Made by a program: the position numbers and the translations under genes
Origin: a virus
DNA length: 64,000 nt
Strand: one strand, 5' to 3'
Virus record (IMG/VR): IMGVR_UViG_3300024520_000057
Coordinates: 9,215-73,214 of that record
Shown here: positions 1-10,041 of the stretch, one piece after another
How positions within the stretch are numbered: position 1 is the stretch's first letter
Layout: each line of letters begins with the position of its first letter
Notes under the pieces: generated by a model
What the model was told of the DNA's origin: nothing
Seen by the model: only the letters and a program-made list of their open reading frames with translations
Database searches by the model: none

Positions 1-622
1 GTGTATGGTGAGATGGATTAATAGAGTAGTAGAGTGCAAGTGTGTGATATTGTGTAATGTAATGGAATGTTGGTAGTGTGAGTGGATGTAGTTATGGTGT
101 GTAAAGAGAGAGTGATGTAATGTGTGTAATGAAACAGAGTGGAGATGGGAGAGATGGAAAGAGTGCTGTGTTACAGTGCACACATTGGACACAATTGTCA
201 TACAACACCACTGGAGGCAAGGAAGCAAGGGATTGCAATGGTTGGGGCACAAGGGTTCATTGAGGTTATGGAGGAGAACTACAGGATAAGACCACTTGGA
301 TGGTTTGGATGGTGCATGTGTGACACTGTTGGTGCATTGTGTTGCATTGCTGCCATCATATATGCATAACCCACCACTGGAAGGCTATTATATCCCAGTG
401 TATTCAGCTATAAACAGAGGATAAGATGGACTGTCCAGGTGGTTGTGGTGAAAGCAGGGAGAGTAATGGGACAATGGTGGTAGTGTTGAGGTGTTGCTAT
501 GCAAGGGATGCAGGCTATGTAGGGAGGGGGGGATAGCCATTTGAGAATGAACACACACTGTTGTCATTGTTGCCAGCCTTCCAGACACCCACAACTTCGC
601 CACATCGCCACTAAACTCCAGT

Positions 623-750
623 TACACAATTACACTCCAACTGGAACCAACTGCCCCATTACACTCCAAGTGGAACACTGGAACACCATTACAACTGGAC
701 ACACTGGAGCTTTGCACCAAACAAGTTACACCCCATCAGGACATTACACC
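623..750 (+). repeat. Imperfect ~29-30 bp direct repeats (ATTACACTCCAA[C/G]TGGAAC core)
   Basis: attacactccaactggaac at 629-647, attacactccaagtggaac at 658-676, attacaactggac at 688-700, further ttacacc copies to 750. Confidence 0.7.
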
Positions 751-868
751 TAAACATTGCTTTCTGTGAGGGATGTTAATTGCAATCCCACAATAACCAT
801 TGTGGCTGGTGAGTGTAACACTGTAGTTGAAAACTTACACTCCATGGTGAAAAACATTAATGTGACGG

Positions 869-877
869 TGTATATTA
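869..877 (+). promoter_or_regulatory. Putative -10 promoter element TGTATATTA
   Basis: The same 9-mer recurs in intergenic gaps at 7660, 54650, 56539 and 60949. Confidence 0.5.
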
Positions 878-909
878 ATATGTATTGAATTTATGAGGGT
901 GCCAGAACA

Positions 910-1200
910 ATGGAAACAACAATAAACAAACATTACAGACGATGGATGAAGTCTCATTTAGGGAGCTTGACCAAATTTCCTCGTGCAAACTGGGAGGATG
1001 TTAAGGAAGCTTTCTCAGTTGGATTCAAACAAGGTGGTGTGCTGAATAAACGGGAATTATTAGTGTTGTTTTTGTATTTTGGTATGGATGGCAAGCCGTG
1101 GACTCATAATGAGATTGCCAATTTACTTGGCTTGTCTCAGGAGAGAATAAGGCAGATTAAGGTGAAAGCAATCAGAAAAATTAAGGGAAGTGTGAGGTGA
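910..1200 (+). CDS. Sigma-70 region-4 HTH protein
   Basis: LNKRELLVLFLYFGMDGKPWTHNEIANLLGLSQERIRQIKVKAIRKIK matches sigma70 r4. Confidence 0.85.
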   Translation: METTINKHYRRWMKSHLGSLTKFPRANWEDVKEAFSVGFKQGGVLNKRELLVLFLYFGMDGKPWTHNEIANLLGLSQERIRQIKVKAIRKIKGSVR

Positions 1201-1201
1201 T

Positions 1202-1444
1202 ATGGGAAAATACAAGGTAAAGGGATTGAAGCTGATTGCTATTGATGCAGGTGGCAATGAGTATAAGGGAAACATTCAAGTTGTATGGTGAGGAGAATTG
1301 GCATATGCAAATCCTGCTGAAGTTGGTGTTTCATCTTTGGATGAGTGTATGGAATTGAAAGTGGTTAAGAAATCTGAGATGTTTGCTGATTTGGAGAACA
1401 AAGTTGTAGGTGGAGATTTTTATGATGAGATGCTGGAGGACTGA
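1202..1444 (+). other. 80-codon reading frame interrupted by one in-frame TGA (1289-1291): pseudogene, read-through, or two small ORFs
   Basis: GAGGTG SD, ATG 1202, MGKYKVKG...VVW*GELAYANP...MLED* in one frame. Confidence 0.4.
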
Positions 1445-2017
1445 ATGGAACACAAAGGATTGAAGTATGATTTCACAAGACCAGGAGGAGCTTGCTGGAA
1501 GTGTAGTTGTGGTTTTGGGACTCCTAATAGAAAGAAATTACACAAACATCTTGAAGAACATAACCAAACACAGGAGAAGGTTAAAATGAAAAGCTTATTT
1601 GCAAAGCATAAAGAGTTGACGAAACGTGGTGGTGGACGGAAGCATTTTGAGGAGCCGATTACGGTAATTGGCATTGTGGGCAGCCGACGCAGAGATAGCA
1701 GCAAGGATTATAAAGCTGTTGAGAATGCATTGTTTGCAGAGCTCAAAGGTATTGAGAAGGCATTGATTGTAAGTGGAGGTTGTCCCAAGGGTGGTGATAG
1801 GTTTGCTGAGATGGCAGCAAGTAAACATGGCATATCTATTAGAATATATTATCCAAAGTGGCACAGATATGGCAGGATAGCAGGTTTCATGCGGAACACC
1901 TTGATTGCTGAGGACTGTGATGTCTTAATAGCCTGTGTCCATAAGGATAGAAAGGGTGGAACCGAAGACACCATAAAGAAGGCTGAGAAGCTGGGCAAAC
2001 GAGTGGTGCTGATATGA
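1445..2017 (+). CDS. SLOG-family (DUF2493/YspA-like) protein with N-terminal C2H2-like zinc finger
   Basis: IGIVGSR, IVSGGCPKGGDRFA, AGFMRNTLIA, GGTEDTI motifs; CxC...HxxxH at the N-terminus. Confidence 0.8.
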   Translation: MEHKGLKYDFTRPGGACWKCSCGFGTPNRKKLHKHLEEHNQTQEKVKMKSLFAKHKELTKRGGGRKHFEEPITVIGIVGSRRRDSSKDYKAVENALFAELKGIEKALIVSGGCPKGGDRFAEMAASKHGISIRIYYPKWHRYGRIAGFMRNTLIAEDCDVLIACVHKDRKGGTEDTIKKAEKLGKRVVLI

Positions 2018-2583
2018 CTATTGGAGGATTGATGGAACACAAACCATTGAGCAGCAAGGTTTACATTGATTGTGGGTTTCATGATGGTAAGTCACTGGAA
2101 TCATACATAGCAGAGGGTTGGGAGGTTCACGGCTTTGAGCCAAATCCAGGAATGTATAATATGGTGTTGAATAGATTTAGGAATCTGGTGTCATGTCATT
2201 TATACAACAAAGCTGTGTGGATACACAATGCCAGAATCAGACTTCATATTACTAAAAGATCTGAAAGTTGTTCATTATATACAAGGAGCGATGTAGGTGA
2301 AATAGGACTTGTGAGTGTAGAGTGTATTGATTTTGGTGAGTGGATAAGGAAAGCATTTAGCAGAGATGATTACATTGTTCTGAAGCTGGATATTGAAGGG
2401 GCTGAATTTAAGGTTTTGAAGAAGATGTTAGATGATGGATCGATAAATTATATTGACAAGGTGTTTGTAGAGTGGCACAACAATTTGCACAGTCCAAATA
2501 GATTTCCAAAGTGGCTGAATGTTAAGCTGGAAGAGATGATTAAAGCCAGAGGTGTCAAATTCAATTTATGGAAGGGTGTGTGA
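2014..2583 (+). CDS. FkbM-family methyltransferase
   Basis: YIDCGFHDG, HGFEPNP, NKAVW, LKLDIEGAE, VEWH. Confidence 0.88.
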   Translation: MTIGGLMEHKPLSSKVYIDCGFHDGKSLESYIAEGWEVHGFEPNPGMYNMVLNRFRNLVSCHLYNKAVWIHNARIRLHITKRSESCSLYTRSDVGEIGLVSVECIDFGEWIRKAFSRDDYIVLKLDIEGAEFKVLKKMLDDGSINYIDKVFVEWHNNLHSPNRFPKWLNVKLEEMIKARGVKFNLWKGV

Positions 2584-2947
2584 AATGAGCAAACGAAAGA
2601 TACCACATTTTGGATGGATTTATAAAATAGATTTGGATAATATAGGTGGTGGTTGGCAATATTTTGATATCCATTTCAGTCGGGTGTTAGATGTAGGTGT
2701 GCAGGATGGTAAGGTAAAGGTGTGGTATATTGATGACGATACAAACTAACTATTGAGGTTATAGAATGAAAAGATTATTAGAGTTGGTGGCAATTGCATT
2801 TGAAAGTTTGTTGACAGAGAAGTCAAAGAAGTTAAAAGGGCTGCCAAGATTTACAAAAAAACAAATTATGGAAATGTTAACCATATCAATGGCAAAGGCA
2901 GTGTTAAGGCACATTGATGAAGCTGAAGCTGATAGGGATTTATTGGA

Positions 2948-3832
2948 ATGAAACCAATCATAGCAAGAAGATTAAATTTGAATAAAGAGGGGAACAGAAT
3001 GAATCTATTAAACATTAATATACCAGAAGGCAAAAGTGGAAAGTTTCAAATCAAAAATCAAGCATTTCCACCAGGGCATGAATTCAATTTATCCAGTGAT
3101 AGGAATAAAATATTGGGAGGGCAAAACAGAGGAGCCATTGTATTGGATAAGCCATACATAATCAGTAGTCTGTCTGAAACAGGACAGGGTGTATGGATGA
3201 CCAATTTACCAGTGGAGCAGGCACAACACAAAGAAGCATTGATAGGATTCCATGGCAATGTTCTGGTAGGTGGACTGGGGCTGGGATTGGCTGTGACTAT
3301 TCTGAGTGCTAATAAAAGAGTGAGAAGTGTCACAGTTGTTGAAAAAAGCAGGGATGTTATTGACCTTGTGTGGGAACATCTGAATATTAATAGATTTAAA
3401 TGTGAAATAGTGCCTCTGGATTTATTTGAATACCTCACAGATGATAATAGAGTATTCCTGGATTTTGATTTTGGTTTTTATGACATTTGGCAGAGTGATA
3501 GTGAAACAACTTTTTTTGACACTGTGGTTCCATTGAGAAAATTGAGCAGAAATATTGTGAAAGATATTAGGTGTTGGAATGAGAATGTCATGAGAGGACA
3601 ATTGGCATTTAGTTTATCAGGCAGGGTTCAAGCATTCATCCAAGGCACTGTTGATGAAAAGCTGTTTTTTAATAAGGATGACAAGTGGATGAAATGGACT
3701 GTTCCATTTTTTGAATGGTTGGATGGTGATGCTCCAGCTGGAATGGATGAGGAAGATATGCTTGCAAGAATCAAAGATTATGCAGCCAACTATGGCAGTG
3801 AACAATGGGAAAAAGAATGGGGAGAATTGTAA
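2948..3832 (+). CDS. Class I SAM-dependent methyltransferase-like protein (spermidine-synthase-like fold)
   Basis: VLVGGLGLG, TVVEKS, FDFGFYDIW. Confidence 0.7.
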   Translation: MKPIIARRLNLNKEGNRMNLLNINIPEGKSGKFQIKNQAFPPGHEFNLSSDRNKILGGQNRGAIVLDKPYIISSLSETGQGVWMTNLPVEQAQHKEALIGFHGNVLVGGLGLGLAVTILSANKRVRSVTVVEKSRDVIDLVWEHLNINRFKCEIVPLDLFEYLTDDNRVFLDFDFGFYDIWQSDSETTFFDTVVPLRKLSRNIVKDIRCWNENVMRGQLAFSLSGRVQAFIQGTVDEKLFFNKDDKWMKWTVPFFEWLDGDAPAGMDEEDMLARIKDYAANYGSEQWEKEWGEL

Positions 3833-4037
3833 TGGCAGATTTAAAAAAGACACTGAGTGAATATACACTTGGTGAAGTGTATGGCAAAACATATATTATT
3901 ATTTCATACAGTAATAATAAAAAACAATTGATGGAATTGTGTGAAAAGCTGAACAATAATCTAAATTTTGTTATCATTGATTTTGAAAATGAGAGTTATG
4001 GTTTAGCATTGGTTTATGATTTGAATGTGAGGTTTGT

Positions 4038-4388
4038 ATGATGGAAGATAAAGACAAACAAGTAGGCATTGTTCACAATATTTGTGACAAGAAGGCATAT
4101 GACTTTACTGCAACAGTGAGAGAGGAACTTGTAGAATTGGTAAGGAAATTTATGAAGGACAAAGGACTGTATAAACCACACAACAAATCAGAAGTGTTCA
4201 AAATGGTGTATGAACTTCTGATTAATGGATTTCAGGAAACTGGGAATTATGGGCAACACTCATTGACTAATATAAGAAATTTGATGGTATATGAGCAGTA
4301 TTACAGAGCCATGGCATTGAAGTTGGAAAATCAGATTGAAGATTGGATTGAAGAAAAAAAGATATACAGAGGGGAGCTTGAAGAATGA
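4038..4388 (+). CDS. Hypothetical protein
   Basis: ORF with GAGG SD in a co-oriented gene train. Confidence 0.55.
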   Translation: MMEDKDKQVGIVHNICDKKAYDFTATVREELVELVRKFMKDKGLYKPHNKSEVFKMVYELLINGFQETGNYGQHSLTNIRNLMVYEQYYRAMALKLENQIEDWIEEKKIYRGELEE

Positions 4389-4509
4389 GATATCATAATT
4401 ATTTATTAAATAAGATTAAACATTGGTTTGTCCATAGGAAGGTTACAACAATTTATTATTTGGACAATAACACACCTGTTTTTGCTGAGTGTAGCAGATG
4501 TAAAAAGAG

Positions 4510-5040
4510 TTGGTGGATGTAGTGATGACACATAGACATAAGAAAACAATGAAGATGTTAGATAGATTTGTTATTCCAGGAACAACCATATTAGATTTAG
4601 GACAACCAAGTGAGCTGTCAAAACTGATGGAAAATCTGTATGATGTGATTTATGTTCGTGGTGATCTGGAAAATAAATCAATGCTACACACATTAAGAAA
4701 TGGTAGATATGATATTGTAACTGCCTTTGAGGTGTTGGAACATCTTGTTGAGCCTGCACAGGTATTAAAGAATTTGAGTTGTAATGTATTGGTGGCATCT
4801 GTTCCACTACCTTATTTCAGCATTATTCAGCCGTATTGGAATAAGAATGATAAATGGGATAGACATTTCCATGAATTTTTCCCATGTCAGTTTGATTGGT
4901 TGTTGGATCATTGTGGATATAAAATCACACATAGGGAATTTTGGACAAATAGAATGTGGAAAAGGGTTGGTATCAGACCATTAATAAGATGGGTGATACC
5001 AAGTTGGTATGCAGTATATTGTAGGAGAAAAACAACATGA
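4510..5040 (+). CDS. Class I SAM-dependent methyltransferase
   Basis: ILDLG, YDIVTAFEVLEHL, SVP, HFHEF; start may be slightly downstream. Confidence 0.8.
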   Translation: MVDVVMTHRHKKTMKMLDRFVIPGTTILDLGQPSELSKLMENLYDVIYVRGDLENKSMLHTLRNGRYDIVTAFEVLEHLVEPAQVLKNLSCNVLVASVPLPYFSIIQPYWNKNDKWDRHFHEFFPCQFDWLLDHCGYKITHREFWTNRMWKRVGIRPLIRWVIPSWYAVYCRRKTT

Positions 5041-5055
5041 GAGCTGGGTGAAATA

Positions 5056-5343
5056 ATGGGATATGGAAAAATAAAAGTCTGGATCAATAGAACTAAAATA
5101 AATGCTCAGTTTATTATGCAGTTAATGGTAGCTCATATATGGTGGGTTACTGTAGAACCAAAGTTATGGATGCTTCTGTTAGTTATCCTGTTTTTGGTGT
5201 TGAATCAAATTGATTTCTCCAAAGGTGTAGGCAGTGAATGGAGTTACATAGTGAGCAGATCTGAGGAATGGAAGGATATGAGAAAAGATATTGATGATAT
5301 TAAAAGGTGTGTAAAAGGATATAAAAGTGGAGATAAATTATGA
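5056..5343 (+). CDS. Small membrane protein
   Basis: Two hydrophobic segments. Confidence 0.55.
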   Translation: MGYGKIKVWINRTKINAQFIMQLMVAHIWWVTVEPKLWMLLLVILFLVLNQIDFSKGVGSEWSYIVSRSEEWKDMRKDIDDIKRCVKGYKSGDKL

Positions 5344-5777
5344 AATTTAAACAATGGAGTGAATTTAGTAAAGGTGTATTCACAGGCTTGATGATATTGG
5401 TAGGTGTTTCAATTATACATTATGTTATTGGGAGCATTATAATAAAAGAAACAGCTAAACAAAATTTCATTATTGGACAAGGTGTTGGTAACAGTGAAGG
5501 GTATACCAAAGGATATGCTGATGGTAGAGATTTAGGTGCTGATACAGTTTATCAATATATTGATAATGTGTATGAGAATGGTGGTTTGGTAATTGGTGAT
5601 ATTGCTGGTGATATTATTATTAATGGATGCACATTCAGAAATGTTGGTGGTAGTGAAGCAATTTATGTGGGTGGTTCAAGAAATATGAGGGTGTCTAATT
5701 GTGTAGTTTGGGGAGTAGATACTGCCATTGCTGTTAAGAAAGATTCAGTTGTTAGTGATGATGGGGTGTTGCAGTGA
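5340..5777 (+). CDS. Membrane-anchored protein with GxxxG repeats and short beta-helix-like tail (paralog 1)
   Basis: N-terminal TM, GYTKGYADG, INGCTFRN; near-identical block in 6271-6753. Confidence 0.7.
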   Translation: MKFKQWSEFSKGVFTGLMILVGVSIIHYVIGSIIIKETAKQNFIIGQGVGNSEGYTKGYADGRDLGADTVYQYIDNVYENGGLVIGDIAGDIIINGCTFRNVGGSEAIYVGGSRNMRVSNCVVWGVDTAIAVKKDSVVSDDGVLQ

Positions 5778-6274
5778 ATTATCCTTTTAGAAGATTCATT
5801 ATTAGCTATGGTGGAACAGTGAGACCACAGCATACATTTTATGAACCAGTGTGCAAGGCTATAATGGAATTGGAATTACAGGATGTTGCTGAACTTAGAT
5901 TTATAGGTATTGCAAAGCCTGAATTTTTACAATGGATACAGGATAATTACTTTGAAATTATGATGTATCATGTTGCATATATGCCATATCATAGGGTTGT
6001 AAAATTTATGAGCAATAGCAATATGTTTTTGCTTGCTACAGGTAGTCATAGCTATGCCAATGCATCAGCAACAGGAAAAATCTGGACATACTTTGAATCT
6101 AACTCAGCACCAATTCTTCACATAGCAAAAGAAGTTAAGGAAGATAATCACATAAAAGGAATATTGAAACAGGCTGACAGGGGCATGAGTTTTGAAGAAA
6201 AGGATTATGAGGGAATCAGAGATTTCATAAAAAGTGTAAGTGAAGAATGGTTATATTTATTTGGAGAAGAATGA
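5774..6274 (+). CDS. Glycosyltransferase GT-B C-terminal-domain-like protein
   Basis: ISYGGT, RFIG, MSNSNMFLL, TGKIWTY..S..PIL resemble a GT4 C-lobe; the N-lobe is absent. Confidence 0.55.
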   Translation: MNYPFRRFIISYGGTVRPQHTFYEPVCKAIMELELQDVAELRFIGIAKPEFLQWIQDNYFEIMMYHVAYMPYHRVVKFMSNSNMFLLATGSHSYANASATGKIWTYFESNSAPILHIAKEVKEDNHIKGILKQADRGMSFEEKDYEGIRDFIKSVSEEWLYLFGEE

Positions 6275-6753
6275 TGAGTGAATTTAATAAAGGTGTATCT
6301 GTAGGTTTGATGATATTGGTAGGTGTTTTAATTATATGTTATGTTATGGCAAACAGTATAATAGAGTCCAATGCTAAAGAGAGTCACCAGATTGGATATG
6401 ATGTGGGATATGATTCTGGATATATGGAAGGATATGATAAAGGCAGAGATTTAGGTGCTGATACAGTTTATCAGTATATTGACAATATATATGAGAATGG
6501 TGGCTTGGTAATTGGAGATATTGCTGGTGATATTATTATCAATGGTTGCACATTTAGGAATGTTGGTGGCAGTCCAGCAATTGATTTGAGAGGTGGTGCA
6601 AGGAATATTAGGGTGTCGAATTGTATGGTTTGGGGAACAGAAAGTGATGTTGGTGTTGGCATTAAAAGTGTTAAGGCAGATTCAGTTGTAGGTGAATATG
6701 GAACATTTGAACCTGATACAGTTATTAAAGATGGAGTATTAATTAAACCATAA
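6271..6753 (+). CDS. Membrane-anchored protein with GxxxG repeats and short beta-helix-like tail (paralog 2)
   Basis: Paralog of 5340-5777; ATG 6271 after GGAG chosen over 6247. Confidence 0.7.
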   Translation: MMSEFNKGVSVGLMILVGVLIICYVMANSIIESNAKESHQIGYDVGYDSGYMEGYDKGRDLGADTVYQYIDNIYENGGLVIGDIAGDIIINGCTFRNVGGSPAIDLRGGARNIRVSNCMVWGTESDVGVGIKSVKADSVVGEYGTFEPDTVIKDGVLIKP

Positions 6754-6770
6754 TTGATGGGTGTGATGCA

Positions 6771-7112
6771 ATGAAAAAATTTCCATGGTTATTATTAATT
6801 GTAATTTTAATTGTTGGCAGTTTCCTTTTTATGCTTATTGAATCTGATTATGATAATGTTCAAAGGGAAAAATTATTGATAATAGAAAATGAAAAGGCTG
6901 ATTCAGTTCTTCACATGAGAACATTTGAGCTGGGATATAGATGGGGCAGAACAGACATGTGGGGAGACAGTTTGGAAAGAAGACTGTTGGAGTTTGAGAA
7001 GTGGAGATTTCATGAACAACAAATTATAATAAAGGATAATGTATTTAAAATTGATACTGGTGCAGTGATGATAATTAAACCAGGAATTAAATATAAATTA
7101 GGAGATGATTAA
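6771..7112 (+). CDS. Membrane-anchored/exported hypothetical protein
   Basis: MKKFPWLLLIVILIVGSFLF hydrophobic N-terminus. Confidence 0.6.
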   Translation: MKKFPWLLLIVILIVGSFLFMLIESDYDNVQREKLLIIENEKADSVLHMRTFELGYRWGRTDMWGDSLERRLLEFEKWRFHEQQIIIKDNVFKIDTGAVMIIKPGIKYKLGDD

Positions 7113-7312
7113 ATGAGAACAAAATGGTCAGTTCAGCTTTCGATATTTTCAGAATTGGGAGCACAATCACCGAAAACAGTGGTAATAATTTTTATTAGTG
7201 GTGGAAGCATTGATAGTTTATTTTCTCAAATTAATGAGAAAAGCAAGGAAATATCTGAAGGTGCAGGTGTGGGATTGAAGAATGTTGTTTGCACCAGAAT
7301 AAGTGAGGTGGA

Positions 7313-7639
7313 ATGATGCAATGGAGTGGTATTGATGTTGTTTCAACAGACAAAGCAATTGAAATGGGATTGGTTCAGCTCACAGTTCCAGGATACAGGA
7401 ATGAAAAGGTAATTGTCAGGGAAGGGGAAAGTATTGGTTACATTTTGCCAACCAAAATGGTGCTATGGACAGAGTGGTGTGTAAGACAGGCAAAAAGATT
7501 GAATACAGATTCTGAAAGAAAAGCTGTGATTGTAAGTGGTGGAAATAAGTATTACAGTGTTTGGGCAAATCCAATTTCTGAACAGGGGATGAAAGTAGAG
7601 TTTAGACTTTCAAGACCATCAGCAGGGAGGGAAAAATAA
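7313..7639 (+). CDS. Hypothetical protein
   Basis: GAGGTG SD, ATGA overlap with the upstream ORF. Confidence 0.55.
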   Translation: MMQWSGIDVVSTDKAIEMGLVQLTVPGYRNEKVIVREGESIGYILPTKMVLWTEWCVRQAKRLNTDSERKAVIVSGGNKYYSVWANPISEQGMKVEFRLSRPSAGREK

Positions 7640-7930
7640 TAAATATGATAAATTGATTTTGTATATTATCTTAATATGGAGGCTGTAATGGAAATAGAGT
7701 TTGATATTTGTGGTGATTGCAAAAATGTGCCCAAGGACAGGCTTGTAAAGGTGTCTAAGGCAAATGGTGGTATAAAAAGCCACCATTTTTATTGTAAGCA
7801 TTTGTATCCAAAGAGAATAGGCATATTGCCGAAGAACAATCACAATTTTGGTGCACATAAAAGAGGAGGTGGGAATCACGACCATTCTATGCATGTGTGG
7901 AACGTTAAAGAATTTACAAGGATATAAGCC

Positions 7931-8269
7931 ATGAAGAAATACATATATTTGTTGATGTTTATGATCCCAATAGTCTTGTTGTTGATTAATAAATTTGTTG
8001 CTGATGATCCATCCACCTCTATAATGGAAAAATATAGCAATGAGACAATGGAGCCAGCTTATGGTGAATTGGAATCAGAATCAGAAGGGGCTGTTACAAA
8101 AGATTATGATCCACCTGTGATGGATACTATTGATAATATAGACAGGATTGGTGACATGATAGTGGATTGGGTTGTGGAGTTGGCAAGTGTATTAACATCA
8201 CTAACAGGATTTATAATGTTTATTAGGGAAAAAAGGAAAGTGAAGGTGAAAAATGACATTACAAGATAA
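7931..8269 (+). CDS. Two-TM membrane protein upstream of the lysin (possible holin/antiholin)
   Basis: N- and C-terminal hydrophobic segments, basic tail, overlaps the lysin start. Confidence 0.5.
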   Translation: MKKYIYLLMFMIPIVLLLINKFVADDPSTSIMEKYSNETMEPAYGELESESEGAVTKDYDPPVMDTIDNIDRIGDMIVDWVVELASVLTSLTGFIMFIREKRKVKVKNDITR

Positions 8270-8678
8270 AAGATCATATTTTCTTACATATGCTCACTTG
8301 TTTGTTGGGCAATGGTATAAATGGGGAGGGGATGATCCCACTGGATTTGATTGTTCAGGATTTGTAATTGAATGTTTGAAATCAGTTGGTATGGTAGATA
8401 GGAAAGCTGATTACACTGCTCATAATCTTATGACTATGTTTGCCCACAAGGAAGTGGTGGAACCATTTAAGGGATGCTTGGTGTTTTACACCACTAATGA
8501 GGGTAAGGCATATCATGTAGAAATATGTGTAAGTGATGAGCTCAGTTTGGGAGCATCTGGTGGAGGCAGCAAAACATTAACAATCAAGGATGCTATGAAA
8601 ACAAATGCATTTATAAAAACAAGGAAAATAAGGTTAACAACATGGAGGAAATTTGTAGATGTGTTTAAAGAAGATTGA
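8253..8678 (+). CDS. NlpC/P60 peptidoglycan endopeptidase (candidate endolysin)
   Basis: YKWGGDDPTGFDCSGFV catalytic Cys motif; YHVEI His. Confidence 0.9.
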   Translation: MTLQDKRSYFLTYAHLFVGQWYKWGGDDPTGFDCSGFVIECLKSVGMVDRKADYTAHNLMTMFAHKEVVEPFKGCLVFYTTNEGKAYHVEICVSDELSLGASGGGSKTLTIKDAMKTNAFIKTRKIRLTTWRKFVDVFKED

Positions 8679-8684
8679 GAAATT

Positions 8685-8915
8685 ATGCCACTTGTAGATA
8701 AGTTAGGTGAAAGAGTTATAATCTATGCTCATGGGAAAAGATACAAGGGTATTCTTTACAGCATGGATGATGAAGAAATTGTTTTGGTAGAAAAAAGGAA
8801 AAGAACAGTTGAGTATGAGCATATTCAAACAGATGCATTGACATCTTATAAAGGGGAGATTATTGTAATTGAGAAGCCAGAGGTTTCAATGGATTTTAAA
8901 TTTGAAAGACAATAA
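8685..8915 (+). CDS. Sm/LSm-like fold small protein
   Basis: LGERVIIYAHGKRYKGILYSMDDEEIVL resembles Sm motif 1. Confidence 0.5.
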   Translation: MPLVDKLGERVIIYAHGKRYKGILYSMDDEEIVLVEKRKRTVEYEHIQTDALTSYKGEIIVIEKPEVSMDFKFERQ

Positions 8916-9002
8916 AGCTGTCTTGTTAGGATAGTGCTCCATGAATTTCTATTTGTAATATGAAGAAAATTTTTTATATTCCACATAAAGGAGAAAAATC
9001 TT

Positions 9003-9410
9003 ATGGATTGGAAACTTTTTTTAGTCCTATTTGTAATAATCCTGCCAATGTTTCTAATAGCACAGCCACACACAGTTATTCTTAAATTTGATGGAACACC
9101 AATTCCAGATATAAAAAGCTATCAATTGTTCAAAGTTGAGTTGCCAGATACCAATGAGTTTTGGGACTGGGATAGCAAGCCACTTGATTATGTTCCATAC
9201 AGAACAATTCAACACACCAACCACATGTATTATCTTGATACAACAACTGTAAATTTACCTTATGCTCAATTTGCAGTTTTACAGATGGATAAGTCTGGAA
9301 ATATAGATAAAAAGTTTAATCAGTTGAGCTATGTTGTAGAATTACAGGATTCAGTGACAGTTATTGATATTGAAGTTTCAGGTTACAGAATAAAGCAAAG
9401 GAAATATTGA
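9003..9410 (+). CDS. Exported protein with Sec signal peptide
   Basis: MDWKLFLVLFVIILPMFLIA|QP; AAGGAG SD. Confidence 0.7.
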   Translation: MDWKLFLVLFVIILPMFLIAQPHTVILKFDGTPIPDIKSYQLFKVELPDTNEFWDWDSKPLDYVPYRTIQHTNHMYYLDTTTVNLPYAQFAVLQMDKSGNIDKKFNQLSYVVELQDSVTVIDIEVSGYRIKQRKY

Positions 9411-10039
9411 TGAAAGATGGACACAAACTTTTGATTACAGTTATTGTTATTATACTTATGGCTGTATTGTGTGATAGTTATGTAAAAGCACAATCATGGG
9501 TAGGCTATGATCCTATACATCCTGATCCTGTAGCTGATACCATGCACATTAATTATTCACCACTTGATGAAAGTTTTAACAATGTAGATATATTAGTGAT
9601 AAATGGGCTGGATAGTTTTTGGGTGTTTACAGATACACTGTGGGATGATTCAGTTACAATCAATAGTGTTGTAAAAATGAAATTTCCAATTAATGGTGAT
9701 TATAGGATAATGAATTTCACCTTTCTTGATTCCCAAGTGGATACAAATAAAAATTATTATTTCAAGTATCAGGTATCAAATGTTCAGAATCCACCAGTAT
9801 TAGACATATGGGATGGTGTTTCATTTTTACCATTAACAGCAATTCATGGTGACAGTGCAGTTATAAAAGGTGAAATTAATTTTAACATTGTAGGTAATAA
9901 GCAGTATATAGTGTTGCAAATTTATAGGGGAATTGATACAGTGTTATATAATGCATCTGTATCATTAACAGATCCCAGATGGAACTTTTCCAATTTTAAA
10001 TTTGAAAGATTAGGTGATTTAAGAATAACAAAGGAGTAA
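9407..10039 (+). CDS. Exported protein with Sec signal peptide, D[ST]-rich
   Basis: ...LLITVIVIILMAVLCDSYVKA|QS; DTM, DTL, DSV, DSA, DTV. Confidence 0.7.
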   Translation: MMKDGHKLLITVIVIILMAVLCDSYVKAQSWVGYDPIHPDPVADTMHINYSPLDESFNNVDILVINGLDSFWVFTDTLWDDSVTINSVVKMKFPINGDYRIMNFTFLDSQVDTNKNYYFKYQVSNVQNPPVLDIWDGVSFLPLTAIHGDSAVIKGEINFNIVGNKQYIVLQIYRGIDTVLYNASVSLTDPRWNFSNFKFERLGDLRITKE

Positions 10040-10041
10040 TC

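Noticed and set aside
139-753. Short ORFs at the window start
   Set aside because: Translations merely reflect the skewed repetitive DNA; no SD or recognisable motifs
5520-6580. Duplicated segment as a DGR template/variable repeat pair
   Set aside because: Differences are mostly synonymous third-position changes, not adenine-specific; no reverse transcriptase in the window
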